Assembly: GCA_030390025.1 (NCBI GenBank)
Contig: CM059432.1
Span: 74,650,001-74,714,000, forward strand
Reading direction: 5' to 3'
Length of the DNA: 64,000 nucleotides
Origin: Squalus acanthias
Taxonomy: Eukaryota
Under the pieces are notes generated by a model, which worked only from the letters and a program-made list of their open reading frames with translations, made no database searches and had not been told where the DNA came from. The first letter of the stretch is position 1. Each line of letters starts with the position of its first letter. The translations under genes were made by a program, and so were the position numbers. Positions 61,187 to 64,000 of the stretch are shown piece by piece.

Positions 61187-64000
61187 AATACAAGGGTTCA
61201 GTACAAGGGATCAATAAAAGGGATCAATACAAGAGACAAAATGAAGGGATCAATAAATGGCATCAATAAAATGAATTAATACAAGGGATCAATACAAGGA
61301 ATCAATACAATGGAGAAATAGAAGTGATCAAGAGAAGGGATCAATAGAAGGGATCAATAGAAGGGATCAATACAACGGATCACTACAAGGGATCAATAGA
61401 AGGGACTAATACCAGGGATTAATAGAAGGGATCAATACAAGGGATCAATGGAAGGGAGCAATAGAAGGGATCAATACAAGGGATCAATAAAATGGATCAG
61501 TATAAGTGGTCAATACAAGGAATCAATACAAGGGATCAATACAAGGGATCAATACAAGGAATCAACACAAAGGATCAATAGAAGCGATCATTTCAAGTGA
61601 TCAGTACAAGGGATCAATACAAGGGATCTATACAAGTGATCAATAGTAGGGATCAATACAAGACAGAAATAGAAGGGATCAATACAAGGGATCTATACAA
61701 GTGATCAATAGAAGGGATCAATGCAAGGGATCAATACAAGGGATCAATACAAGGGTTGAATACAAGAGTCAATACAAGGGATCAATACAAGGGATCTGTA
61801 CAAGGGGATCAATACAAGGAATCAATACAATGGATCAATAGACGCGATCAATGGAAGGGATCAATACAAGGGATCAATACAAGGGATCAATAGCAGGAGT
61901 CAATACAAGGGATCAATACAAGGGATCAATACAAGGAATCAATAGAAGGGATCAATACAAGGAATCAATACAAGGGATCAATACAAGGGATCAATACAAG
62001 GAATCAACACAAAGGATCAATAGAAGCGATCATTTCAAGTGATCAGTACAAGGGATCAATACAAGGGATCTATACAAGTGATCAATAGTAGGGATCAATA
62101 CAAGACAGAAATAGAAGGGATCAATACAAGGGATCTATACAAGTGATCAATAGAAGGGATCAATGCAAGGGATCAATACAAGGGATCAATACAAGGGTTG
62201 AATACAAGAGTCAATACAAGGGATCAATACAAGGGATCTGTACAAGGGGATCAATACAAGGAATCAATACAATGGATCAATAGACGCGATCAATGGAAGG
62301 GATCAATACAAGGGATCAATACAAGGGATCAATAGCAGGAGTCAATACAAGGGATCAATACAAGGGATCAATACAAGGAATCAATAGAAGGGATCAATAC
62401 AAGGAATCAATACAAGGCACAAATAGAAGGGATCAATACAAGGGATCTGTACAAGGGGATCAATACAAGGAATCAATACAACGGATCAATAGAAGGGATC
62501 AATAGAAGGGATCAATAGAAGTGATCAATACAAGGGATCAATACAAGGGATCAATAGCAGGGATCAATACAAGGGATCAATACAAGGGATCAATACAAGG
62601 AATCAATAGAAGGGATCAATATAAGGAATCAATACGAGGCACAAATAGAAGGGATCAATATAAATGATCAATAGAACAGATCAATACAAGGGATTAATAG
62701 AAGGGACCAATACAAGGGATCAGTACAAGGGGATCAATACATTGAATCAATACAATGGATCAATAGAAGGGATCAATAGAAGGGATCAATAGAAGGGCTT
62801 AATACAAGGGATCAGTACAAGGGATCAATAAAAGGGATCAATAGAAGGGATCAATACAAGGGATCAATACAAGTGACTAATAGAAGGGATCAATACAAGT
62901 GATCAATTGAAGGGAGCAACAGAATGGATCAGTACAAGGGTTCAATACAAGGGAGCAATAGAAGGGATCAATACAAGGGATCAATAGCAGGGATCAATAC
63001 AAGGGATCACTACAAGGGATCAGTACAAGGGATCAATAAAAGGGATCAATAGAAGGGATCAATACAAGGGATCAATACAAGGGACTAATAGAAGGGATCC
63101 ATACAAGTGATCAATTGAAGGGAGCAACAGAATGGATCAGTACAAGGTTTCAATACAAGTGATCAATAGAAGGGATCAATACAAGGGATCATTACTTGCT
63201 ATCAATACAAGGGATCAGTACAAGCGATCCATACATAGCATCAATACAAGGGATCAGGAAATGGCTTCAATATAAGGGATCAATAGAAGAGATCAATAGA
63301 AGGAATCAATACAAAGGCTCAAAACAAGAGATCAATACAAGGATTCAGTACAAGGGATCAATAAAAGGGATCAATACAAGAGACAAAATGAAGGGATCAA
63401 TAAATGGCATCAATAAAATGAATTAATACAAGGGATCAATACAAGGAATCAATACAATGGAGAAATAGAAGTGATCAAGAGAAGGGATCAATAGACGGGA
63501 TCAATAGAAGGGATCAATACAAGGGATCACTACAAGGGATCAATAGAAGGGACTAATACCAGGGATTAATAGAAGGGATCTATACAAGGGATCAATACAA
63601 GGGATCACTGCAAGGGATCAATACAAGGGATCAATACAAGGTGATCAATACTAGGGATCAATACAAGGGATCAATACAATGGTTCAGTACAAGGGTTCAA
63701 TACAAGGGTTCAATACAAGGGATCATTGCAAGGGCTCAATACAAGGGATCAATGCAAGGGATCAATAGAAGGGATCAATACAAGTGATCAATAAAAGGGA
63801 TCAATAGAAGGGATCAATACAAGGGATCATTACTTGCAATCAATACAAGGGATCAGTACAAGCGATCCATACATGGCATCAATACAAGGGATCAGGAAAT
63901 GGCTTCAATATAAGGGATCAATAGAAGAGATCAATACAAGGGATCAATACAAGGGAACAATACAAGGGATTAGTACAAGGGATCAATAGAAGGAATCAAT

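Larger units (their letters stand above)
48900..64000. repeat. 13-bp satellite (AAGGGATCAATAC / AAGGGATCAATAG) with higher-order structure, running off the window
   Basis: Continuous monomers; variant landmark blocks recur at 53948, 56716, 58211, 59653 and 63196. Confidence 0.98.

Noticed and set aside
51094..63426. Many ORFs with YKGSIQGINTRDQ repeats
   Set aside because: Translation of a 13-bp satellite (3 x 13 nt gives a 13-aa period) with frequent stops; not genes.

Overview
Vertebrate genomic DNA with no recognisable host gene. The repeat families (Deu-domain SINEs, CR1 LINEs with an esterase ORF1) suggest a cartilaginous fish; this is inference. Bases 1-48.9 kb are a nested transposon pile. 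It holds three two-gene PIF/Harbinger elements (7382-11691 has both genes intact), at least six Harbinger MITEs with clean 3-bp TSDs, two near full-length CR1 LINEs, a Tx1-clade LINE, an ORF1-less LINE with a tRNA-like head, and L2, SINE and CR1 fragments. Bases 48.9-64 kb are a 13-bp satellite with ~1.5-kb and ~9.3-9.5-kb higher-order repeats. Two structures stand out. (1) At 18756-30769 three unrelated units (Tx1 LINE, a non-coding unit, CR1 LINE) are chained head-to-tail, each preceded by a copy of one TATA-promoter/5'-leader cassette, and two of them end at the same junction sequence. (2) The LINE at ~36880-40002 has Pol III A/B boxes and almost no TTTT on its sense strand, which suggests a Pol III-transcribed coding retrotransposon. 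All coordinates and counts were read by eye; family names are pattern recognition, not database hits.
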